IMG/VR virus record: IMGVR_UViG_3300033480_000010
Location: 1-39,210 of that record
Length of the DNA: 39,210 nucleotides
Direction: 5' to 3' (one strand)
DNA from: a virus
Taxonomy: Duplodnaviria; Caudoviricetes
Shown: positions 1 through 8,692 of the stretch, piece after piece
Layout of the letters: each line of letters starts with the position of its first letter
How positions within the stretch are numbered: the stretch's first letter is position 1
The notes under the pieces: model-generated
Database searches by the model: none
The model's input: only the letters and a program-made list of their open reading frames with translations
Told to the model about the DNA's origin: nothing
Position numbers and translations under genes: made by a program

Positions 1-1515
1 GAGGCAGTCGTGCTCTCTGCGGTCGTGCTCGACCCTGCACGGTACATCCCGCTCATCGAGCACCTTCCGGCGCACCACTTCTTTTCGCATCCGAACCGGC
101 TGATCTATGAGGCCGTGCGTTCCCTGTGGGCGCAAAGCAAACCCATCGACCTCATGCGGGTCAAGGGCGCGCTCACCGATTCGGACAAGCTCAAGCAAGT
201 CGGGGGCGTCGAGTACCTTGTGCAGGTGGTGGAGGCGAGCCCGGCGGTCGCGAACCTGGTCGAACACGCTGGTCGAATCTCGGAGAAGTGGAGGGCGCGG
301 CAGGTCATCCAAGCCTGCCAGAACGCGGCCGGAGAGGCGTACTCCAGCACCGATCTTTCGAAGATCCTCGAGACGCTCCGCACCACCCTCGACGCCGACC
401 TGCCAGTGAATGGCGGCTCGAGGTGGGGTGAGTCGCTCGGGTGGCAAGCAGCGTGTTCGTCGCGCGCCACCATGCAGTGGCTCTGTCGCCCGCTCGGATG
501 GTCCACAGGACTCGTGTGCGGAATCGCAGGGTACGGGTACGCCGGGAAGACGGTGGCCGCAGCCGCTGCCCTCGTGCAGAGCTCGGCATCGCTCCCCATC
601 TGGGGGATGTACGGCGTCGAGAAGCCGCTCCGGTGGCTCTACCTCGATTACGAGCAGGGCCCGATCCTGACCCTTCAGAGGATTCAGCGGCTGCTCCGTG
701 GACACGCGCTGGGTCCGCTCGAGTGCACCCCGGTCGATGTCCGATGCCTGCCACCGAGCTACCTCTCCGACCCGGGCACGGAACGCGAGCTCGTGCGCGC
801 GACCGCTGGCTTCGACATGGTGCTCATCGACTCGTTCCGAGCGGCGTTCCCCGCTCTCGACGAAAACTCCAGCGAGGCCCGGAGCGGCATCGACATGCTG
901 CGTCGGGTTGCGGCGACCAACAACCTGTGCGTGCTGCTCCTGCTCCACGGGCGCAAACCGAGCAAGGACGACGTTGGCGGTCAGAAGACGGCGCTCCGTG
1001 GCTCGAGCTCAATCTACGATGCTCTGAGCTCCGTGCTCATGCTCGAGGGGAGAGGCAAGGACGCGCAAGGACGCAATACCTCCTGCGTCACACACACCAA
1101 GAGCCGAGAAACCGGCATCTGCCTCGACCAATTCGACCTCACGATCGAGGACGTCGGGGACCAGTGGAATCCTCGAGACGGTCTGATGGTGGCCGCGCAC
1201 TCCACGCTGAAGGCGCACGAGACCGATGAGAACAGAACACGTCGCGCCGCACTGCAAACGCAGGACGACGCGCGCTCGATCGTAGAGGCTATGCGGCACG
1301 AGCCGCCCACCTCATGGCGCGGAATGCTGGGTCTTTGCAACGAGCGCTTCGGGTGGAGCCGGGTCCGGACCGAGCTGGTGCTCGGGGCCGTGACTGCAAA
1401 CGGGCGCCTGGTTACCTCGCTGGGAAGGCGGCGGGCCACGCTCTATCACCATCCGGACGTAAAGTCGGAGCTGTTCAAGGAACAGGAGCATGCAGATGGC
1501 GAACAGTCGGTCTAA
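1..1515 (+). CDS. Replicative helicase-like protein: DnaB N-terminal domain plus RecA-fold (AAA_25/RepA-like) ATPase; 5'-truncated by window edge
   Basis: Frame open from base 1 (EAVVLSAVVLDP...FFSHPNRLIYEAV...PIDL, DnaB-N-like); Walker A GYGYAGKT; YLDYEQ; Walker B MVLIDS; LLLHGRK..ALRGSS. Confidence 0.85.
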   Translation, partial: EAVVLSAVVLDPARYIPLIEHLPAHHFFSHPNRLIYEAVRSLWAQSKPIDLMRVKGALTDSDKLKQVGGVEYLVQVVEASPAVANLVEHAGRISEKWRARQVIQACQNAAGEAYSSTDLSKILETLRTTLDADLPVNGGSRWGESLGWQAACSSRATMQWLCRPLGWSTGLVCGIAGYGYAGKTVAAAAALVQSSASLPIWGMYGVEKPLRWLYLDYEQGPILTLQRIQRLLRGHALGPLECTPVDVRCLPPSYLSDPGTERELVRATAGFDMVLIDSFRAAFPALDENSSEARSGIDMLRRVAATNNLCVLLLLHGRKPSKDDVGGQKTALRGSSSIYDALSSVLMLEGRGKDAQGRNTSCVTHTKSRETGICLDQFDLTIEDVGDQWNPRDGLMVAAHSTLKAHETDENRTRRAALQTQDDARSIVEAMRHEPPTSWRGMLGLCNERFGWSRVRTELVLGAVTANGRLVTSLGRRRATLYHHPDVKSELFKEQEHADGEQSV

Positions 1516-1756
1516 GTGCGTTCGCACTCAAGCGACTGCGATCGCACTCGCGTGGACCGCCCAAGCGCACTCGGGCCGTCAGGCCCCAGTGAGTGCGCTG
1601 GGCCCGGTCCTTGGGGTATGGGGGAATGACGCACTCACAGTGGCCCAGTGGCCGGTAACGAAGTTGGAACGACCAGCCGTATCATCTAAATCACTTGGGC
1701 CCGTTGGCCCGGACAGGAGAACTGGGTTATGAGCAGGCCATCTAGTCGGTCTAAGT
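1505..1756. repeat. Repeat-rich, mostly non-coding region after helicase (candidate origin or packaging region)
   Basis: AGTCGGTCTAAGT at 1505 and 1744; CGCACTC at 1523, 1543, 1566, 1630; inverted repeat AGCGCACTC 1564-1572 / GAGTGCGCT 1591-1599. Confidence 0.5.
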
Positions 1757-2190
1757 CAGGTGGGGGCTCCAGACCCCAGAGCGCGCGCGGCTCCAAGCCA
1801 CCGACCGTGCGCGAGCTGCGAGCGGAGGCCAAGGCACGCAACCGAGCACTCGCTCGAGCGGACTGGGAGGGCGAGCTTGCGCGGCGTGCAGCGTGTAGAG
1901 CTCGTAGGACTGGCAGCACGCTGGACATAGCACGCGAGCTCGTTGCGACCGAGCCTGGACCGATCGCAGCGCGTGCTCTGAGTGTGCTCGCCCGGCTCGA
2001 GTCGGAGCAGGAGACGATTCGTCAACTCCGAGCTCGCGTAGTGGAGCTCGAGGAAACGCTCTCGCGAGTCGACCCGAACACGCTCACCCCGGAGCAGCGC
2101 GTTGTGCTCTCGATGGCTGACCCGGTGCACGGTCCGCTCCTCAGGCAAGCGGCACTCGAGTTGAGCGAGCGAGAGGAGCAAGACAAGTGA
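1729..2190 (+). CDS. Hypothetical protein, basic N-terminus plus coiled coil (possible small terminase)
   Basis: 153-aa ORF, AGGAG upstream, lies upstream of terminase; function inferred from position only. Confidence 0.6.
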   Translation: MSRPSSRSKSGGGSRPQSARGSKPPTVRELRAEAKARNRALARADWEGELARRAACRARRTGSTLDIARELVATEPGPIAARALSVLARLESEQETIRQLRARVVELEETLSRVDPNTLTPEQRVVLSMADPVHGPLLRQAALELSEREEQDK

Positions 2191-2354
2191 GCTACCCCGT
2201 AATCGTTCCGCGATCGAGAGGCCAGTGCATCGTGTGCGGTCGGTGGCACTGCCCTGATCGGCAACGCAGGAGAGTGCGCAAGGTGCGATTTGTTCCGGGG
2301 CGGGGCATCGCATGTCTGAGCCACTCGCAGGAGCAAATCGATGACCGCCGGTGA
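2187..2354 (+). CDS. Small Cys/His-rich protein (55 aa)
   Basis: GTGA overlap with previous stop; MSYPVIVPRSRGQCIVCGRWHC...CLSH; fills gap; below ORF-track length cutoff. Confidence 0.45.
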   Translation: MSYPVIVPRSRGQCIVCGRWHCPDRQRRRVRKVRFVPGRGIACLSHSQEQIDDRR

Positions 2355-2724
2355 ATCACTCAAGGCGTGGAAGCGCACGCACGGGTTCAGTTCGTTCCAA
2401 TTGGCGTGTGCCATCAGCATCGCACCGTCGAGCGTGCCGAAGCTCGAGGGAGGGTACTTCAAACCATCGTACGCACTGGCCGAGAGAATACGCGCAGTGA
2501 CGGGAATCCGAGTCGAGGACTGGGGAAGACTGACTGGACGGGGCTGGGTCAAGAAACACCGTGGTCCCGCACCCCCGAACTTCAGGGGCCGAACGGAAGC
2601 GCGAGCACCGGTGGATGCATCACCAGCACTCAAGCCGCACAGACTCTGTCAGTTCTGCTCGTGCAAGCCGGCCAATTGCAGCGACGACTCGTGCGTGGTT
2701 TGGCCGATCAGATTGGAGCGATGA
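2341..2724 (+). CDS. XRE/Cro-type HTH regulator with C-terminal Cys cluster
   Basis: LKAWKRTHGFSSFQLACAISIAPSSVPKLEGGYFKPS HTH pattern; CQFC..C...C tail; AGGAG SD. Confidence 0.75.
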   Translation: MTAGESLKAWKRTHGFSSFQLACAISIAPSSVPKLEGGYFKPSYALAERIRAVTGIRVEDWGRLTGRGWVKKHRGPAPPNFRGRTEARAPVDASPALKPHRLCQFCSCKPANCSDDSCVVWPIRLER

Positions 2725-2789
2725 TGCCCGAGCTACAGCGGGTTGTGCGTTCCTGGTTTCCGGACTTTCACGATAGTGGAGAGAAAAAC

Positions 2790-3086
2790 ATGAACATCAA
2801 GAGGTTTCATCCGCGTCAGGTCATCTCGGTTCCCGCAACGCTCGGTGTGAGGCGAGCGGAGTCGTTCGCGGTGGGAGAGCAGTGCTGCGTGTCGATCGAC
2901 CGCATCGAGTCAGATGGCTCGGTGTTGGTGGTGCTGAATCAGGCTCCTGGCAAGAGCGTAGCTCTCAACTACACGGGCATAGGCGTTGTCGAGACTGTGG
3001 TTGAGCTCGAGGCAGCGAATTCAAGCGCGCAAGCAGTGCGCACCACGCGCGAAGTGGAGATCAAGAAAACCAGGAGAGACAAGTGA
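2790..3086 (+). CDS. Hypothetical protein
   Basis: ATG at 2790 with GGAG SD; stop overlaps the next start. Confidence 0.6.
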   Translation: MNIKRFHPRQVISVPATLGVRRAESFAVGEQCCVSIDRIESDGSVLVVLNQAPGKSVALNYTGIGVVETVVELEAANSSAQAVRTTREVEIKKTRRDK

Positions 3087-3655
3087 TGACCGCGATCAGT
3101 GAGTACTTCTATGAGCAACTAGACAAGGAGCTTTCCGCTCGAGGACTGCTTACTCGAGCTCAAGAAGCGGAGGTGAAAGAAACCGTGTCACGGTACTCGC
3201 TCGCATTCTGGGACCGCGTGAGCGAGGACGTCGAGCACGGACGACTCACTCTCAGGTCGGACAACGTGCTCGTGCGAATCGATGATGACCAAGGGGACCT
3301 CCGTGCGGGAAGTCGCATCGTGGTGCCTCAGACAGCCAAACGCACACTCTCGCTCGGGCTGCTAGGAACCGTAATCGCCGTTGGCCCCGGGCACCACCCG
3401 GAGAGACCGACGCTGCCAGGGCGCAAGGACAATCGAGGTCACTGGCCCACATCGAGGATGATCGCAGGAATGTTCCTTCCCACCACCGTGCGTCCAGGCG
3501 AGCGAGTCGTCCTCGAGTCGCAACTCGCCGGTGATGTTTGGCCGCTTCGGCAGGGTGAGCACCGGCTCGTGCGCGAGTCGGAGATACTCGCGGTCATCGA
3601 CGAGCACCATGACACCGAGCCGGCGCCGGACACGATGAGGGACGGTGCTTCGTGA
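3083..3655 (+). CDS. GroES/Cpn10-like co-chaperonin with N-terminal extension
   Basis: LRSDNVLVR..GSRIVVPQTAK..GTVIAVGPG..VRPGERVV..HRLVRESEILAVID matches the GroES pattern. Confidence 0.85.
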   Translation: MMTAISEYFYEQLDKELSARGLLTRAQEAEVKETVSRYSLAFWDRVSEDVEHGRLTLRSDNVLVRIDDDQGDLRAGSRIVVPQTAKRTLSLGLLGTVIAVGPGHHPERPTLPGRKDNRGHWPTSRMIAGMFLPTTVRPGERVVLESQLAGDVWPLRQGEHRLVRESEILAVIDEHHDTEPAPDTMRDGAS

Positions 3656-3771
3656 AAACCATCACAGAACACATCCGCGAGCACGCTCTACGAGCTTGTG
3701 GATACAGCGATAACCCTGCCTGGGACGCCTATCTGTTGACCATGCGGTGGGTGGCGAGTGCCAACTGGTGA
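3652..3771 (+). CDS. Small hypothetical protein (39 aa)
   Basis: GTGA-coupled start; MKTITEHIREHALRACGYSDNPAWDAYLL... Confidence 0.35.
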   Translation: MKTITEHIREHALRACGYSDNPAWDAYLLTMRWVASANW

Positions 3772-3973
3772 GGACCGGCGCGTGAACCGCAAGCCACGCG
3801 AAGGCTCGAAGGCGGAACGGGTTATGGTGCGGAGGATGGTGCGCCAGGCCACTGAGCTGGACGAACGTGAGCTCCGGATGGTCGATGCTCGGATGCGTTT
3901 CCTGATACGAGCCGAGCTCGAGCGCGCCCGGTATCGGTACGATGCGCTGAGGAACACGCACGTTCGTCCGTGA
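3758..3973 (+). CDS. Small basic protein directly upstream of, and in frame with, the terminase
   Basis: 71-aa ORF fills the gap before terL. Confidence 0.5.
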   Translation: MPTGEDRRVNRKPREGSKAERVMVRRMVRQATELDERELRMVDARMRFLIRAELERARYRYDALRNTHVRP

Positions 3974-3979
3974 GCACCC

Positions 3980-5407
3980 ATGCGCCACTGCTACCAAGCC
4001 CTCGACCAGATAGCCCATGGGACGTACCCGCGGCGCACAGTGGTGTCGGGGAATTGGCGAGACGACCTGTTTGAGGCGCAACTCAAGTTCGTCGCCGGGT
4101 CGAGCAAGCGACGAGCAGCGCTGTGCGGAAGGCGAGCCGGCAAGACCGAGGGCACAGGGTACTGGTTCATTGAAGGCGGTCTCGAGGCACCGAACGAGAC
4201 GAGCGTGTTCATCGCCTTGTCGTCAGGGCACTGCATGCGCACGCTCTGGACGTCGCTAACGCGCATCATCCTGCGTCGTCCAGAGCTCGGGCTGAAGCTC
4301 ACGCAATCGCGGGGCGACCTCATCTGCCGCTTCCCCAACGGTCACCAGATCTGGATGGCAGGCGCAAAGAACCGCGCGGAGATCGAAAAATTCCGCGGCA
4401 ATCGGTACAAGCGCGTGGCGATCGACGAGGCAGGCTCGTTCGGTGCGCACCTCGAGGAACTCGTCGAGGACGTGCTAGAGCCGGCGCTGATGGATCTGGA
4501 CGGCGAACTCGCACTCACGGGTTCCCCGCCGGTGCTGCCCGTCGGGTATTTCTGGGAGGTCACCACCGGAGCGAATGGCAGACCCCAATGGCCCGTCTCG
4601 CACTGGACGGTGCTTGAGAACCCGCACATCCCGCACGCGGCCGAGTACCTCCGGGCTAAGCGCGAGGCTAACGGGTGGAGCGAGGACCATCCGCGATACC
4701 GGCGAGAGTACCTCGGCGAATGGGTGCGCGACGAGGGAGCCATGGTGTTCCCTTACGATGGGCAGCGCAACGCCTACTGGGACCTGCCCACTGGTGGCGC
4801 GTGGACCAACGTCACTGGCATGGATCTTGGGTTCGTTGACCCGACGGCGTGGGTCACCGAGAGCTACCGCGACGGGTATTCCGAGGTTTGGATGCGCAAG
4901 GTGTACGAGGAGTCGGGGCTCATCCCGAGCGTCGTCGCGGTGAAGACCGAGGCGTGGCTGCGCGACTTCCCCGGGCGGTGCGTGGCGGATACCGGCGGGC
5001 AGGGCAAGCCCATCGTCGAAGAGATGCGACGTCGGTACGGTCTCGGAGTGCTACCGGCGGACAAGAAAGCGAAACGCGCAGCCATCGAGGTTATGCGTGG
5101 GGACGTTCTGTCGGGCGTGCTCAAGCTCCACCCGGTGGAGTGCGCGCTCATCATCGACGAGTGGAGCCGGCTGCAATGGGATGAGGGACACGAAGGATTC
5201 GACGAGCGATGCGGAGCGCACTTGTCCGACGCGGCTCTCTATGCGCACCGAGACTGCCGAGCTCGATACCGGGAGCCACCTCCCCCGAAGCCGCTCCCGG
5301 GGACCGATGCCTGGGCCCGCCAGGAGCGCGACCGCATCCGAGCTCGCATCGTGGCCGACCAGCGCCGCAAGAGCCTTGCGGCCATGGGCAGGCCGATCCT
5401 GCGATGA
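3980..5407 (+). CDS. terL: Terminase large subunit
   Basis: Q motif (FEAQ), Walker A GRRAGKT, Walker B VAIDEAG, LTGSP coupling motif, nuclease GMDLG and HLSDAALY. Confidence 0.93.
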   Translation: MRHCYQALDQIAHGTYPRRTVVSGNWRDDLFEAQLKFVAGSSKRRAALCGRRAGKTEGTGYWFIEGGLEAPNETSVFIALSSGHCMRTLWTSLTRIILRRPELGLKLTQSRGDLICRFPNGHQIWMAGAKNRAEIEKFRGNRYKRVAIDEAGSFGAHLEELVEDVLEPALMDLDGELALTGSPPVLPVGYFWEVTTGANGRPQWPVSHWTVLENPHIPHAAEYLRAKREANGWSEDHPRYRREYLGEWVRDEGAMVFPYDGQRNAYWDLPTGGAWTNVTGMDLGFVDPTAWVTESYRDGYSEVWMRKVYEESGLIPSVVAVKTEAWLRDFPGRCVADTGGQGKPIVEEMRRRYGLGVLPADKKAKRAAIEVMRGDVLSGVLKLHPVECALIIDEWSRLQWDEGHEGFDERCGAHLSDAALYAHRDCRARYREPPPPKPLPGTDAWARQERDRIRARIVADQRRKSLAAMGRPILR

Positions 5408-5420
5408 ACCCCACCATTAG

Positions 5421-5483
5421 GCATTACGCGCATAATGCATAGACGGTGTGTGTTTGACAGGGATCAGTCAGCTGGCCCATCAT
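5421..5483 (+). promoter_or_regulatory. Sigma70-like promoter for the structural operon, with upstream palindrome
   Basis: GCATTACGCGCATAATGC near-palindrome 5421-5438; TTGACA 5454-5459; CATCAT 5478-5483 (18-bp spacer). Confidence 0.55.
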
Positions 5484-5490
5484 TCACTCA

Positions 5491-7482
5491 GTGCCGGCCA
5501 CTGCACGAAGCCGCGTTGACACGGACAAGAGCTCACGCTACTGGGAGCTCGAGGGCGACGAGCTCGCGACCGAGGTCGCGACGATCGCGAAGGCGATGCG
5601 TGCTCAGTCCGAGTCGACACAGTTCGCCCGGTACCGCGCCGCCATTGCACGGTACGAGTCAATGGCGCTCGACGAGCTCGACCCGCGCGCTTGGCTCGAT
5701 GCTCAGGACAATCTGACCGAGGCCGCGTTCGAGGCGGCACGCGGTGGTCTCACGAAATTCGGTCTCGCTCGGTCGCTTGCTGACACCGTGCAAGCCGAAC
5801 TCGTCGGAAGGCCGCGGCCACGGCCACGGCTCATCACGACCGGCGCCGAGTGGAAGACCCAGCAGGCTGCCAAGAGGCTCGAGCGCACGGTCACCGGTCA
5901 AGTGCTGCTACGGCAGGGCGAGTACACCGATGCATTTGCGGTGCGTGACGCCGCGGTGCGACTGGCTGGGGTTTGCGGTGTTGGGTACATCAAGGTGTTC
6001 CCGGGAACGGACCGTGTCCACGTAGAGCTCGTGTACCCGTGGCGCCTGTTCCACGACCCGTTCGAGGCCGAGTACGGCACGCCAGTAACGCGCGTCCTGC
6101 TCGATGTTGCGGACAAGGACAGACTCATCGACCTCTACGTGACCTCGCCAGAGGATCTCTCCGACGAGGAACGCACCAAGCGGCGACTGGCGATCGAAAG
6201 CGCACCGGATGCTTGCCCCTCGGCGCGAACCGACAGTCGGTACGCAAAGCTCCGTCGCACCTGCGAGACCATCGAGCTCCACCGCGCAGCACTCGGTCCG
6301 GAAACCCCGGGAGTCATTGTGCTCGTGTGCAACGGCGTGGTGCTCTCACGGCGCGAGTGGCGCCGAACCTCCACGCAATTCGTGCGCTACGTGTGGAGTC
6401 CGTGGCTCATGGGGTACGGTGGAACTGGCATCGTCCAGCAAGGTTCTGGGTTCGACACGACGCTTGATGAAGTGTTGCGGCGAGTCACCGGGAACTTCAT
6501 GGTGCGCGACGGTCGGCGCACGTTCTTCGAGGAAGGATCGCTCGACCCGAAGTTCCTCGAGGAAAACTCGGAAGAGACGCTCATCCCGGTCAAGGCCGGC
6601 GCGACAATGCCGCAAGAGACGGTCGTGCCCCCGCTCTCTCCGGGAGAGATCGAATTCATTCAGCTTCTCAAGGCTCTCGCATACGAATCGACCGGCGTGA
6701 GTCAGATGGCTGCGACGAGCCGCAAAGAGTCGGGCATCACCGCCGCCCAGGCCATCCGCACGATGCGGGACATTTTCACCAAGCGCTTCGCACCCCAGGG
6801 CAAGCTGCTCGATGCGGCTGACGTCGATCTGTTCCACAAGGTAATTTGGTCGCTCCAGGACATCGCCGAGGACAACCCGAGCCTCAAGCTCCGTACGCGC
6901 TGGAAGGGCTCGGACTACTTCCGCACGATCGACTGGTCGAAATGCAAACTTGAAGACGACATTTATGACGTCGAGCTCCAGGCCGAGAGTGAGCTTGCCA
7001 CCTCGGTTGCTGGGCGCATTCAGACGCTCGAAGAGGGAGTCGGCGCCGGCCTGATTTCTCCGCTCACGTTCCGACGAGTCACCGAGGGAACGCTTGATGT
7101 CGCGTCGATCGCCGAGGTCGACCAGGAGCAGTACGCGTACCTCGAGGACCTTATCGACCAGATGCTCAACGCGAGCGAGGACGACGAGGAGCCGTTCATT
7201 TACGACCCGCCCGAGGGACTGCTCCCGGACAAGGCCGGAGCACTCGCGCAACTGACTGCCGCGTACTTCCGAGCCAAGCGCACCGCACGCGGCCAAAAAG
7301 ACGCGCAGTACAACCTGCGAATGCTGCGGAACTACATCACTCAGCTCGACCAGATGATCGCGAAGGCAGCTGCGGCACAGCAGGCCGCGCAGCAAGCGCC
7401 TCCGCCGATTCAACCCGGGACGATGCCCGGAGCAGGGCTCGGTGCTCCGGGTGCTCTCCCTCCACCACCGATAGCCGCGTAA
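5491..7482 (+). CDS. Portal protein
   Basis: 663 aa immediately after terL; CGVGYIKV, YESTGVSQ..SGI features typical of portals; Gln/Pro-rich tail. Confidence 0.8.
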   Translation: MPATARSRVDTDKSSRYWELEGDELATEVATIAKAMRAQSESTQFARYRAAIARYESMALDELDPRAWLDAQDNLTEAAFEAARGGLTKFGLARSLADTVQAELVGRPRPRPRLITTGAEWKTQQAAKRLERTVTGQVLLRQGEYTDAFAVRDAAVRLAGVCGVGYIKVFPGTDRVHVELVYPWRLFHDPFEAEYGTPVTRVLLDVADKDRLIDLYVTSPEDLSDEERTKRRLAIESAPDACPSARTDSRYAKLRRTCETIELHRAALGPETPGVIVLVCNGVVLSRREWRRTSTQFVRYVWSPWLMGYGGTGIVQQGSGFDTTLDEVLRRVTGNFMVRDGRRTFFEEGSLDPKFLEENSEETLIPVKAGATMPQETVVPPLSPGEIEFIQLLKALAYESTGVSQMAATSRKESGITAAQAIRTMRDIFTKRFAPQGKLLDAADVDLFHKVIWSLQDIAEDNPSLKLRTRWKGSDYFRTIDWSKCKLEDDIYDVELQAESELATSVAGRIQTLEEGVGAGLISPLTFRRVTEGTLDVASIAEVDQEQYAYLEDLIDQMLNASEDDEEPFIYDPPEGLLPDKAGALAQLTAAYFRAKRTARGQKDAQYNLRMLRNYITQLDQMIAKAAAAQQAAQQAPPPIQPGTMPGAGLGAPGALPPPPIAA

Positions 7483-7483
7483 A

Positions 7484-8653
7484 ATGCCAGCCAAAGTCGC
7501 AGATAATGGTCAGACACAGGGCGGTTCCGATGGGGCCGCCAAAGCCGCATTAGCAGCCGAGTGGCAAGCCGCCGAGAAGGCCGCCGATGCCGCAGCCAAG
7601 GCCAACCCCGCATTCGTCGCCGCAATGAAGGCGCTTGGCGTTGACGAGTCCGCTTCGGATGAGCCCGAGCCTCCCAAGCCGACCGCGCCGAAAGCTCCGG
7701 CAGATGAGCCCGCCGAAACGCCGAAGCCCGGAACCGAGAAGGTAGCCGAGGTCGAAACCGACGATGAGGATGACGACAAGGATCGCGCTACCGGTGTAGA
7801 TACCCCCGAGGCGAAACAGAAGCAGCTCCAAGCGCTCGCCAAAGAGCTAGGCCTTCGCGTGGTGGGCCAGCAAGTGGTGCTCCAGGAGCGCGCCGACTTC
7901 CGCGAGGAAAAGCGCCAGTTCCGCGAGCAACGCGAGAAGTTCGTGGAGCAGTACAAGAGCGCCGTCGCGAAAGTCGAGCCGCTTGCCAAGGCGCGTGAGC
8001 TCTACGATCAGGGCGACCTCGAGGGAGCGCTGAAGCTCGCTTGGGGTAAGACGCTCACCGAGATCAACGAGGATGCAGTCGCGCAGGCCTCCGGCGTCGA
8101 CCTAAAAACGCGCCGCGAGATTCAGCGCCTGCGCGAGGAGCGTGAGCAAGAGCGACGCGAAAAGCTCGAGCTCCAAACCCAGCAGCGCCAGCGCGAACAG
8201 CAGGACCGCGAGCGTAGCTACGTTACCGAGCTCCAGACGAAGCTCGCTGCCGAGCAGGACACGCACATCGCCGAGCTCGCCAAGGCTGTCCCGCAGTTCG
8301 CGCATGATGTTTTCGCATTGCAACGCCATCACTACGATGCCGACGACGGCACGACCATCCCGCTCGAGGAAGCCGCGAAGCACGTGCTCGCGCAGTACCG
8401 GCAGGGATGGGAGTCGTTGTCCAAAGTTTTCGGCGCGCCGGGGTCGCCTAAAAACCCCGAGTCCGGGAGCCGACCGCCCTCACAGGTCGAGCAACCGCGT
8501 AACGGGAAACCCTCGTCACGCACCGCTGCTACCCAACAGTCCCGCCGATTGGCGGGCAAGAGGGATGCGCCCCGGTCTGACGAGGAGTTTTTCCGTCAGG
8601 GAACGGCGGCATTGCAGGAAGCAATGCGCGACGATCCCATTTTTCGGCACTAG
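7484..8653 (+). CDS. Capsid scaffolding protein (putative)
   Basis: Acidic/Pro-rich N-terminus and charged coiled coil, between portal and capsid. Confidence 0.7.
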   Translation: MPAKVADNGQTQGGSDGAAKAALAAEWQAAEKAADAAAKANPAFVAAMKALGVDESASDEPEPPKPTAPKAPADEPAETPKPGTEKVAEVETDDEDDDKDRATGVDTPEAKQKQLQALAKELGLRVVGQQVVLQERADFREEKRQFREQREKFVEQYKSAVAKVEPLAKARELYDQGDLEGALKLAWGKTLTEINEDAVAQASGVDLKTRREIQRLREEREQERREKLELQTQQRQREQQDRERSYVTELQTKLAAEQDTHIAELAKAVPQFAHDVFALQRHHYDADDGTTIPLEEAAKHVLAQYRQGWESLSKVFGAPGSPKNPESGSRPPSQVEQPRNGKPSSRTAATQQSRRLAGKRDAPRSDEEFFRQGTAALQEAMRDDPIFRH

Positions 8654-8692
8654 CTCCCCGAGGCTCGAGGCCGCGTCCCAAGGACGCGCATC

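Noticed and set aside
6346-7494. Long antisense or alternate-frame ORFs (6346-7494, 12725-13915, 20245-21342, 37279-38493)
   Set aside because: They overlap well-supported genes, lack motifs and are expected shadows in high-GC DNA
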